64,000 nt of DNA. Origin: Octopus sinensis. Taxonomy: Eukaryota. Below the pieces are notes generated by a model. The model was not told the origin of the DNA. It did no database searches and saw only the letters and a list, made by a program, of their open reading frames with translations. Both the position numbers and the translations under genes were made by a program. Below, piece after piece: positions 1 through 11,800 of the stretch. Location: contig NC_043007.1 of NCBI RefSeq assembly GCF_006345805.1, positions 930,001 through 994,000 on the forward strand. The letters are read 5' to 3'. The stretch's first letter is position 1; the number at the start of each line of letters is the position of its first letter.

Positions 1-35
1 CATATCTATCTATATATATATATATATATATCATA

Positions 36-80
<45 letters not shown>

Positions 81-89
81 TCTATCATA

Positions 90-127
<38 letters not shown>

Positions 128-130
128 TAT

Positions 131-164
<34 letters not shown>

Positions 165-184
165 CATCATATCTATCTATCTAT

Positions 185-220
<36 letters not shown>

Positions 221-236
221 CACATCAATCTATCTA

Positions 237-281
<45 letters not shown>

Positions 282-389
282 TCTATCTATCTATATATAT
301 ATTATATATATATATATATACATCATATCTATCTATCTATATAATATATATAATATATATATACATCATATCTATCTATCTATCTATAT

Positions 390-422
<33 letters not shown>
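1..422. repeat. Compound (TA)n/(TCTA)n microsatellite with recurring CATCATATCTATC units
   Basis: Directly visible. Confidence 0.95.
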
Positions 423-423
<1 letters not shown>

Positions 424-1431
424 GGTAAACAGTAAAATTAATACAGACATGGACAGAACATGAAACACCACAGAGACGACACAAGAACCACAGGATGGAC
501 ATCGAAGCCCTCAGTCATCAGTCAAGAACCAGATCATCTTAGCAATTTCGGCTGATTAATCTTGAGATTGCTCCGATATGGCAGCCCGCCAAGGGAAATC
601 TAAGCCAAGCGCATTAGATCCCCTGGAAGAAAGCTTCGAATGTATACAACGAAAGGACGGAAAACGATCGAAGTACACAAACAAAAATACAGAATACGTG
701 ACACCAATAAGAATACAAAAACGTAAAAACAATAACGGTAAAAATAAAAAATAAACAACACAAAACAAAACCAGACGTAGGACAGGGGTCTTTTGACAGG
801 ACGATTTGAGTATGGGGCTGGCTTGTGAAGTTGTGCCTAAAGGCCACGGGGAGACGAACAAATACGTGTTTGCTTCTGCGGCTGCTGAAAACGAAAAGAG
901 CGCTCAACAGCGGCTAGCTGTCACGTGAGAACAAAAGACAGGAGAAAGGGACAGATGAAAAGGGAGAGAAGGTGGACGAGGGAAGGAGAGAGAAAGAGAC
1001 AGATCGAGGGGGCTGGAGGTGAGAGAGATAGAGAAACGTAGAAGGGGGGGGGGAGACGGATGGAGAGGGAAGAAAGGAAGTGGATAAGGGAGGAGAGAGA
1101 GAGAGAGAAAAAGAGACAGATTAAGAGTCGTATCAAAGCTAGAGAAAAAAATATACTTATCGTATAAGGACAATTGTGGATACGTAGCCGCCGATTATAT
1201 AGGTAAACAGTAAAATTAATTACAGACATGGACAAGAACATGAACAACCACAGAGACGACACAAGAACCACAGGACGGGACATTCGAAGCCCTCAGTCAT
1301 CAGTCAAGAACCAGATCATCTTAGCAATTTCGGCTGATTAATCTTGAGATTGCTCCGATATGGCCAGCCCGCCAAGGGAAATCTAAGCCAAGCGCATTAG
1401 ATCCCCTGGAAGAAAGCTTCGAATGTATACA
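420..1431 (-). mobile_element. ~1-kb non-coding element with ~230-bp terminal direct repeats (420-648, 1198-1431), inserted in (TA)n; retrozyme- or Penelope-like
   Basis: Near-identical direct repeats, a GA-rich interior and no credible ORF; each repeat is highly structured and has HHR-like motifs. Confidence 0.7.
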
Positions 1432-1440
1432 TCATATCTA

Positions 1441-1491
<51 letters not shown>

Positions 1492-1504
1492 TACATACAT
1501 TCTA

Positions 1505-1561
<57 letters not shown>

Positions 1562-1775
1562 CACACATACATGACAGGCTGCTTTCAGTTTCCGCCTACC
1601 AAATCCAGTCGCAAGGCTTTAGTTGGCCTGAGGCTATAGAAGAAGACACTTGCCCAATGTATATATATATATATACATACATATCTATCTATCTATCTAT
1701 CTATATATAATATATATAATATATTATATATATTATATATACATACATATCTATATATATATATATATATATACA

Positions 1776-1943
1776 CACACATACACGACAGGCTGCTTTC
1801 AGTTTCCGCCTACCAAATCCAGTCGCAAGGCTTTAGTTGGCCTGAGGCTATAGAAGAAGACACTTGCCCAAGGTGCATTGCAGAGGGACTGAACCCGGAA
1901 CCATGTGGTTGGGAAGCAAGCTTCTTACCACACGACCACTCCT
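1776..1943 (-). mobile_element. tRNA-derived SINE family A, 5' part (partial duplicate at 1561-1657)
   Basis: Reverse complement of the family A head and CCTTGGGCAAGTG core seen in many copies in the window. Confidence 0.8.
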
Positions 1944-2360
1944 ATTTATATATATATATATATATATATATTTGAACCTAAATTCTTGAGTATCGGTTTC
2001 TGCTTTCTTCAGAATGAATGGCAAAGAAAGAAAGAAATGGAAATAATTAAGAGCTTCCTAATTAAAACACATTAATGTCAGCCAATAAATACTCACTCAA
2101 TCACTTTACTTATTTTTGCCATGTATTTCTATACTAATACTTTTGAACTATGTGTCTGTTTTTGAACCTTTTCATTTCTATAAAATAATTAATTACAGTC
2201 GTCTAAGTAGTTTGGTAATTATGTTATATGCTGAAGTGTCTCTTATTCAAATGGAACATTTTATTTCTTTGCAAATGAAAGGAAGTATGATGTAATGTAG
2301 TTGCAAGTTGTGTGCACACTATTTGTCTGTCTGTGTATGTGTGTATATGCCTATAAATAA

Positions 2361-2401
<41 letters not shown>

Positions 2402-2443
2402 GGTGGGTGTGTGTATGTATATGTGTGTATGTATGCATGCATG

Positions 2444-2509
<66 letters not shown>

Positions 2510-3002
2510 GGTCTTGCATGTTGATGGTTCTGGTCCTCCGTCAGTTTCGATGATGGTGGTGATGAGGTTTCACTTGTTCAATCAACTGTATTACCCGCTT
2601 GTTGAATTAACATACAAGTGGCTGAGTATTCCTGACATGTGTATCTTTTAATGTAATTCTCAAGGCAGAAGCAGCATGACACTGTGTGTGTGTGTGAGAG
2701 ATAAGGCTGTACCTTTTGAATTACAGGCACAGTCTACTTGATGGGCTTCTATACAGTTTCCGTCGTCTCAGTTTAACTCAAAAATGAAGGGGTGACTTGA
2801 ATCCATAGGAGATAACATTTGCCCAAGATGCCATGCAGTGGGATTGAACCAGAGACATTGTTATTGCAAAGTGAGCTTCTTAACCACTCAAACAGTGCAC
2901 ACACTTGCTTGTGTGTGTGTGACTGTCTAACTCATGACAGCAAGGAAAATAGATGTTAGTTGGTGAGGATGATATATACACATCATCATATCATCGTTTA
3001 AC

Positions 3003-3057
<55 letters not shown>

Positions 3058-3947
3058 TATATATTCCCCAACATATTGGCAATCGAATGTGTATTTGTAG
3101 TCAACAATTCTAATTGAGAGATTCTTCAGAAGTTGCAATTAATTCTACCAAACAGAAAACATTGTTTGCATTTAACTACATTTTTACTAGTTTAACTAAG
3201 ACTCCTGTGACTGTTTAGTTCTTTAGTAAGAAAGAGCTTGGATTTAAACTCAGTAGTTCCTCAGTTTTGCATTCATACCAAGCTTTGTAGTATTGAACTT
3301 CTTGCTGTTAATGAGACAGACAGACAGACAAAAGATTGGTGAGACCTGTTTAGTTACCACTAGCTTCATTGTATTCGCATAATGACTTCCATGTGTTGGC
3401 TGCTGCCTTTTTCCTGATATTGTCTGCAACTATAAAGAAATTAGAATTTCAGCTTTTTAAAATCAACTTTTAATCCATCTTGAAGTCTTAAAATATGGCA
3501 AAATAGATTCCACCCCACCTCACCCCCACTACTTTTTCCTTCAGTTCTTTATCTTGGTAGTCAGTAGCTTGCTGGTAGCAAATATTATTCTTTGGCAATT
3601 ACTTGTTTTCACATTGTACATTAGTATATTTTTCACAAGAGACACCAAAACAAAATATTTTTATTTTATTTTTTTTTTTAGTGCGTGTGCAAATAACCTG
3701 TGAAATCAATGGTTTTGATCCCTAGGCTTTGAGTTCAAACTTAGTTTCGTGTCTGGTTTTCTGCAATTTTAACAGCCACCTTGTGGTAGACATAGCCTGT
3801 TTGGATATCGTTTCATTTGTATCGGTTTCTTTGAATAAAAATGTTCAAAGAAGTTCTTTGAACATAATAAATGTTATTGCATACTTTGTGTTTTCAGTGA
3901 CAACCTGTATTTCTCTCTCTCTCTCTCTCTCTCAACCTTAGAACAAC

Positions 3948-4183
3948 TTATTTCTTTATTGCCCACAAGGGGCTAAACATAGAGGGGACAAACAAGGACA
4001 GACAAAGGGATTAAGTCGATTACATCGACCCCAGTGCGTAACTGGTACTTATTTAATCGACCCCGAAAGGATGAAAGGCAAAGTCGACCTCGGCTGAATT
4101 TGAACTCAGAACGTAACGGCAGACGAAATACAGCTACATATTTCGCCCGGCATGTTAACGTTTCTGCCCGCCAGCTCACCGCC
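3948..4183 (-). mobile_element. SINE family B (GGCGGTGAGCTGGCAGAA head; Meta-like GCCTTTCATCCTTTCGGGGTCGAT domain)
   Basis: Similar to copies at about 11199, 13226, 15810, 17570, 17795, 23058, 25295, 27555, 48325 and 51178. Confidence 0.85.
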
Positions 4184-4642
4184 TTGACCTTAGAGCAACT
4201 TAACACACTTGCCTGGCAGATGGTTGGGGATTGGACATTTTACAGAATTTTCATTATTCAGTACACCCATGTGCACACACATAACCTTCATCATTGTTTA
4301 ACGTCTGCCTTCCCTCCATGCTAGCATAGGTGGGATGGTTTCATAAGAGCCGGCTAGGCTAAAGCCAGCACCAGACTTCTGCGACTGTTTTGGGAGGATT
4401 TTTACAGCTGGATGCCCTTTCTGAATATGGTTACCCAACCTTTGGTTTGTGAGAATCTTGTAGGAGTATATTGATATGCCATTCATGATGTTGACATACC
4501 TAGTTGAGGGTTCTTCTATGTATCTTGTGAAGCAGGAGGTAAAGCACTTCTCTAGGTTCCATCAGTTTCAGGTCATCTTCAGGCAGCTGCACATTCTCTG
4601 TCTCTTTGGGTTTTAAGGGCTTCATGACAAAACCTGACTTAA

Positions 4643-4862
4643 CCCTTTAGCATTCAGATTACTCTGTCAAATGTAAAGCCTGTTTAATCACATTGTTTTA
4701 AACCAATTGTACAGCATCTTGTAACTCTGGGATATTGATGATGTCCCTGTTTATTTTTAGAATGACTTTGTAGGGTAGGTGTGAGAGGTCAGAGCTGGCT
4801 GGTTTGAGCATAAAACAGGAAGACAATTTTGGCCTGATGTGGCCAGTTTAAACACTAAAGGG
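4643..4862. mobile_element. piggyBac-type MITE (TTAA|CCCTTTAG...CTAAAGGG|TTAA)
   Basis: TTAA target duplication and CCC/GGG termini; many related copies in the window. Confidence 0.85.
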
Positions 4863-5539
4863 TTAAACCAAAAGTCATCTATGCACATTTTACTGTTGCT
4901 TTTTTTTCTTTTTCTTTCTCCATTGATAAAACTTAAAGGTCAAGGCAATTATACTGGTGATGATCTAGAGGGTGCAGCTGTAGTTGCGTGTTTCAGAGGT
5001 TTGCTTCCAAACCAGGTAGTCTCGAGTTAGCACCAGCACATGGCATCTTGGGCAAATTCTCTTCTAGTTCCCAGTTTCGCTAATGTCTTGTGAGTGAATT
5101 TGGTAGACACAAACTGAAAAATGCCTGACATATGAAGTGATATTGTCACTCTGTCAGCAAATCATCCGATTGCTTTGCACTTTTGAAGTTATGTAAAATA
5201 AGGGATCTCTTATTTGAAAAACGGGTAAAACTTGGAAGAGCATCTGGTAAGCAATTGGAAGAGCAATGTTTAAATAATCTATCTAGCATCAAAATATGTC
5301 AGTAAAAATGAATGAACAAAGAATAGTCTTTAATTGAAAGTTTCCAAAATGGTAAAATAATTATTATTTAGAATGGTTGTATACTGTCAATCTAACACGA
5401 ACGTGACAGTAGGGGGGTACACCACTGCTGTTTAGCCCTAGGAAGCATCGATGCCTCCTGATGGCTTTGACACATTTTTCCTGTGTCCTTGTATACATTT
5501 ACGAAGGGGAGACAAATACCCCCAGCCACCCGGGCTGCA

Positions 5540-5584
5540 TCTAGGGACACGTGTTTCAGGATGATTGTCCTTCGTCGGCCTAGA
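5540..5584 (-). ncRNA. Type I hammerhead ribozyme motif (U4C core variant), copy 1
   Basis: Minus strand: ucuagg CCGACGA agga-caauca-uccu GAAA cacgug UC ccuaga. Stem I is 6 bp, stem II is 4 bp, stem III is palindromic, cleavage triplet GUC. Confidence 0.8.
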
Positions 5585-5886
5585 GTAGCAGACACCGGTC
5601 AGCTGACGATATTTGTCTCGACTCGTAATGTATTTATCTAAATTTCAGTGAAGTCTATTCACTGATTATCAAAATCAGAAATACTAAATTTCTAAATCTC
5701 TCGTAGAGACACGTACGGTGGTGTGGCGATAGAATGGTTGTATACTGTCAATCTAACATGAACGTTCACCACCGCTGTTTAGCCCTAGGAAGCATCGATG
5801 CCTCCTGATGGCTTTGACACATTTTTCCTGTGTCCTTATATACATTTACGAAGGGGAGACAAATACCCCCAGCCACCCGGGCTGCA

Positions 5887-5931
5887 TCTAGGGACACGTG
5901 TTTCAGGATGATTGTCCTTCGTCGGCCTAGA
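5887..5931 (-). ncRNA. Type I hammerhead ribozyme motif (U4C core variant), copy 2
   Basis: Identical to 5540-5584. Confidence 0.8.
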
Positions 5932-6477
5932 GTAGCAGACACCGGTCAGCTGACGACATCTGTCTCGACTCGTAATGTATATATCTAAATTTCAGTGAAG
6001 TCTATTCACTGATTATCAAAATCAGAAATACTAAATTTCTATTTCTGAATTATTATTTATGTGGTTGAGAAGCAAGCTTCTTACCACACAGCCACTCCTA
6101 TATATAAAATGCTGGAAATTTTTTTCTTAAATTATCTGGTGCATTCCTTATTCTAGCTAATTTACCAAAAATGTCAGTTAAGCATTGTTATTATCATAAG
6201 TTGATTTATCAGCTTTGTTACAAGAAGTAACAGCATTATGGAATACGGCATTTAGTTTTTCTTTTTACTCATTCTCTTGAATAATGATACCGTTCCGTGG
6301 TATTATATAATAAGCACGATAGGAACTGAAATAATTAAATAAATTTATGAGCAGTTTAACTTCGTTAAATAATAATCACTTTGAAATGTCTTCATTGTTC
6401 ACATTAAGAAAAAAAAAATATGATGCAATGAAGAGGAGAAGAATTTTGTGCGTGTGTGTGTGTGTGTGTGTGTGTGC

Positions 6478-6520
<43 letters not shown>

Positions 6521-6697
6521 CTTCATTCAGTGGCCTGTGATTCTATCGAGTGTAGAAGACTTGAGTTATGATGAGTCATTGATGCAGGTGTCATAACAAT
6601 TAGACTCGGACATCATTGTCTCAGCTGATAATAATGGGAAATATAGCCATCACCCATACATATTCATGAGCGTGTGTGTGTGTGTGTGTGTGTGTAT

Positions 6698-7068
6698 ATT
6701 TTATTCTTTTGCTTGTTTCGGTCATTTGATTTCACCCATGCTGGAGCACTGCCTTTAGTTGGACTTATTCTTTGGAAGCCAAGTACTTATTCTATCAGTC
6801 TCTTTTGCTGAACTGCTAGGTTACAGGGACGTAAACACACCAATACGGGTTGTCAAGTAATGTGGCGTGGGAGTGGGGGAAATAAACACAAACACACACA
6901 CATATATGATAGGCTTCTGTCAGTTTCCATCTACCAAATTCACTTCTGCTATAGCCTTGGGTCGGCCCGAGGCTATAGTAGAAGACACTTGCCCAAGGTG
7001 TCATGCAGTGGGACTGAACCCAGAACCATGTGGTTGAGAAGCAAGCTTCTTACCACACAGCCACTCCT
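6698..7068 (-). mobile_element. SINE family A
   Basis: tRNA-like head at the right end, tail at the left; homologous to 37029-37420. Confidence 0.85.
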
Positions 7069-8444
7069 ATATATAAATATTGGTTTTATAAATCTAATTT
7101 TAGGAACAGACAATTGCTTGTGTTTATGGCTGTATTTCAGTTATTTTCTGTTGCTTGTTTTTCTTACAAGAAATATCTATATTTCTATTTTTGAAGGTTT
7201 TGGTGGTGCCAGTGGCAATGGCAGTCACTGCCACTGCACTCATCCTTGCAGATAATGCAATTAAATTCCACACCATTTAAGATTTTTAGCTGTAATTTTT
7301 GTTTTGTTTTTTTTTCTTTCAGCTGTGTATAGGTGGTGCTTTTTTTTTCTGTGTTGTGTTTTTGTTGTGAAAAAGTGAATCCTTGACAGCTCAGTGGTTA
7401 AGAAACTCGCTTTGCCAACCATGTGGTTTCAGGTTCAGTCCCACTGTGTAGCACTTTTGGCAAGAGTCATCTGTTACAACCTCATCTTGACCATTTGCCT
7501 TCTTAGTGAATTTGCCAAATGGAAACTGTGTGGAAACCCATTGTCTGTCTGTGTGTGTGCATGTTTGTTTTTGCCCTGCTCCCATTTAACAACTGGTGTT
7601 GGTTTGTTTAAATCCCTGTAGCTTAGTGGTTGGGAAAAAAGACCATTAGAGTACATTTTGTTCAACTCAAACTTGACAAGGTGGTGCCCCAGCAAGGCCA
7701 CACTTCTGTGACTCAAACAAGTAAAAGATAAAAATAAATGTTAAAAAGCTATTTAATTTCTGTGCAGAGATATTTGTCTATGTCCACCATGGTCTTTTAA
7801 AAGTGATTTCATTTTAGTTTCCATCCTCCAGAGAACCATTTGTATTCATTTAAAATAATTCAACTTGTTGATTATAGACATTCGGTTGGATTTCAAAATG
7901 TTCTCTCTTAAATATAATGGATTAACATCCATTTAAGTACATTGTATAATTTATATTTGTTTACACAAGGGCTTCTTGTTTTACTCTGTCAATTCCATTA
8001 AAAAGACAAAAAACAAAAAAAAACGTTGCCATGGTTATAACATGGCTACCTTATTTCATGCATCTTGCAGCGTAGTCTTGCCTAGTGTCATTTTACAAAG
8101 GGAGCTCCCTCTACCTTCAGTCCCCTGTTATAATTAGCACCTTTGACAATGTCCTGGTAGTGAGTCTTTATGTATCCTGTATACTAGAAATGGCAGCTTG
8201 CTTCACGACAGACTTCTTTCAGTTGCTGTCTCTCGTTTCACACAGATGGTATTGATCCACTTGTAGCTATCACTGACAGCAGTCACACGTTGGGAGTGGG
8301 CCCTAAGTCACATGATTCTGAAATGGACTTATAACTACACAGTCAGGTCTGTCCTTCTCAGTGTTGTATTAACGTATCAAGCTTCTCTTCTGTCTATTTG
8401 ATATTGTTCTTTACTGCTCCCTTTCTGTCTTCCTAGGCCTACTC

Positions 8445-8858
8445 TTTGTTCTTTTACTCTTTTACTTGTTTTCAGTAATTTGACTGTGGCCATGCTGGTG
8501 CACCACCTTTAGTCGTACAAATCAGCCCCAGGACTTAGTCTTTGTAAGCCTAGTACTTATTCTATCGATCTCTTTTGATGAACAGCTAACTTAGGGAGAC
8601 GTAAACACACCAGCATCGGTTATCAAGCGATGTTGGGTGGACAAACACAGACACACAGACACACAAACACACATATATACATATACATATATATACGACG
8701 GGCTTCTTTCAGTTTCCGTCTACCAAATCCACTTACAACGCTTTGGTCAGACGGGGCTATAGTAGAAGACAATTGCCCAAGGTGCCATGTAGTGGGACTG
8801 AACCCAGAACTATGTGGTTGGTAAGCAAGCAACTTACCACACAGCCACTCATGCACCT
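8445..8858 (-). mobile_element. SINE family A, near full length
   Basis: Homology to the other copies. Confidence 0.87.
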
Positions 8859-11800
8859 ATTTATTTTTAGAAAATTTTCTTATATCTTTTATGGTTTTGT
8901 TTGATTTTTATGTCTGTTTTTCCATTCTAGCATAGGTTAGATGAATATATAAACAAAGCATTGTTTCATGTCCGGTTACCTTTCTTGTTGCTAACTCTTA
9001 CCTGTTTTTCAAGTAAGGGATCTCATATTTCATGTCTTTGATGGTACAAAGCTGGATTTGTGGACGGTACATGAGAACAGTGTTCCTGCTTGGAGCCCCT
9101 GATTTTCAGGGAAATGAAAATGTGAACAAACATATGTACATATAAATACACGCACAGAGAGAGAGAGGCCTCTTTAAGTTTGTGTCTACCAGATCGACTC
9201 TTAGGGCTTTGCTCAACTTCTTGCTATAGTAGAAGACACATGTCCAAGGTGGCTGCACAGCAGGACTGAACCTGGAACCATATAGTTGATAAATTTCTTA
9301 ACCATGCAACTGTGCCACCACCTCCAGAGTAATATTCCACCACCATGTTATTTTCTGTCTAGCTGGAACCTTGCTCCAATCGCACATCAGATATGTAGCT
9401 TTCTCATAGAAGTTCTCTTGACCTGTAATAGGTTTCCTCCTCCTCCACCTCTGCATCACCATCATCATATGTATCGCCTAGACTAGACTCTCTCTGATGG
9501 AGGTTTCAGTTTTGACATCTTCCTTCTCCCAGACTGTCTTTTGCTCGTCTGCCTCGCATTTACTCTGAAGTCAATTGATTGGGGCTTTTATGTGTGTGTG
9601 TGTGTGTAAGGTGTGTGTTTCTGCTTTTTCCACTTTGACATGGGTTGAATGAGACTTACTGAAACCTACTCTATAGCCTAATGCTCTCCTTGTCATCAAC
9701 CTGTGTATGCTTGCATGTGTATATGTATAGGGGAATGTATATATTTGTATATACACATACACACATGTATATGCACTTATATATACATACACTCGCACAT
9801 GAAATCATGTGTACTTTATGAATATATACTTATATATATATATAAACATATATATATACACATATGTATATGTGTTTACTTGTCTGTGCATAGATATATA
9901 TATATATGTGTAGTATATGTGTGTGTGTGCTTGTAATTAATGACTTCTTCATTCTAACAAATTGATTTATTTAAATAAATCGTTCATTGCCTATGTACAG
10001 TAAGTTTGTAAAAACTAACAACAACAAACCGTTAGCTGCTTAATACCATGTTTAAGTAGCAACCAGAGCTTTATCTGCCAAGTGTAACTTGGAAAATTTC
10101 CTATTAAACTCTAATAGGAAGATTAAATCTTTAATACTCCATCCTAAAATAGATTTTCTTTCTCTCTCTCTCTCTCTCTGAGTCTATTTTTGTTTTGCTG
10201 TGCATCTTTTGAAGAAAACAAATCTTTATTAAGTGTAAAATGTTTGCAATCTGTATTAAATTGTTTGCGGTTACTATCTCGGCTATGGGTAATAGGTGGA
10301 GCGTTTTAAACTCTGCCTCAGGCTGTGTTGTGACCTCTTGTCGAGAGAGATTTGTCTGTATCTTTTATCTTGTCATCTACTTGTTTTAGTTTTTTAATTG
10401 TGGTCATGCTGGAGCACTGATGGATTGACAGTACTCCTTTTTTTTTTAAAAAAAAAGTTTGGTAGTAAATATATTGGTATCTTTTTGCTCAGCTGCTAAG
10501 TTACAGAGATATAAACAAACAAACACTGGTTGTTGAGGTGGTGGTGGTGATGATGGGACAAACACACACACACAGTGATATGTATACACACACCCATGAT
10601 GGGCTTCCATACAGTTTCTCTCTAATTCACACACAAGGCATGTGTTGGTTGATGTGGGAGAAGAGGCTACAGTAAAAGACGCCCAACGGTCTGCACACGG
10701 GTACTGAACCTAAAACCACCCGGTTGCAAAGTGAGCTGCTTAACCACTCAGCCACGCCTGCATCTACAGTGTATATTCAATCATAAGTCATTTGTCTAAC
10801 GTAAATCGATGATTGGATTAAGTGTTCGATCCATGTTGCTAGTGTGAAACAGATGTAAAGAAACAGGAAATGTGAAATCCAAGAAATAACTGGCATTTGT
10901 TGAAATAATGTGTCTGAAATAGTTACAATTTATAGTTTGGAACCCACTGTCCTGTTGTGTCCCCTTCAAACTTCCTGTTTCTCAGCCCTATTTTGCTGGG
11001 GCTTTACACCTTTCAACTATAAACATTGATATCAGTTCTACTAACCTCTGGCCCATCAGTCTGTTGTCTCCTCTTTGTCTTTTCTGTTGCTACTGTAATG
11101 GTCTCTGCTCCTCAGACCCTGTTGCTCTCTTGCCTTCACCTCTTAGGTACCCCCTAACCTATTTACCTCTCCACTTCTTGTCAATCTTGGTGTGTTCAAG
11201 GCGGCGAGCTGGCAGAAACGTTAGCACACCGGGCAAAATGCTTAGCAGTATTTCGACTGTCTTTACATTCTGAGTTCAAATTCCGCCAAGGCCGACTTTG
11301 ATATTCATCTTCTCAGGGTCAATAAATTAAGTATCGGTTTCATATTGGAATCAATCTAATCGACTGACCCCCCCCCCTCCACAAAAATTATGCCTAGAGT
11401 AGAAAAGAATCTTGACTTGTTCAATCTCTACTTTCCTTGCATGAATCTCTATATCCAATCCTTCATATCCGGACCCTCTGGAGACACCACCCCCCCTTGC
11501 TCATTGTCTGTCCTGCATGTGTTGACGTGCAACAATAATAAGCTGAACATTAAAGGCAACATCTCCATTCTCAGAAGATTTGCAGATGTCATAGGTTCTG
11601 CTCCTTTCTCCAGACCCAGTTTTTTTTTTTCCCTTCCTTTTTAAAGACACATAATAGTCTTCCTGCCTAATGAGGCTTAATTTCTTTTGATAAAAAATTT
11701 ACAAAAGAGGAACAGCTAGGTGTTACTTGATTTTATTGATGTGTCTATGGCTTCCCGTCTACAAAGTGAGCTGTTTTTAACCTTCTCAGTACTGTTTATC

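Larger units (their letters stand above)
5371..6047 (-). mobile_element. Tandem ~350-360-bp retrozyme-like element (about two units) with 12-bp TSD
   Basis: Units start at 5371 and 5732. TSD AATTATTATTTA at 5359-5370 and 6048-6059. Each unit carries a type I hammerhead on the minus strand. Confidence 0.85.
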
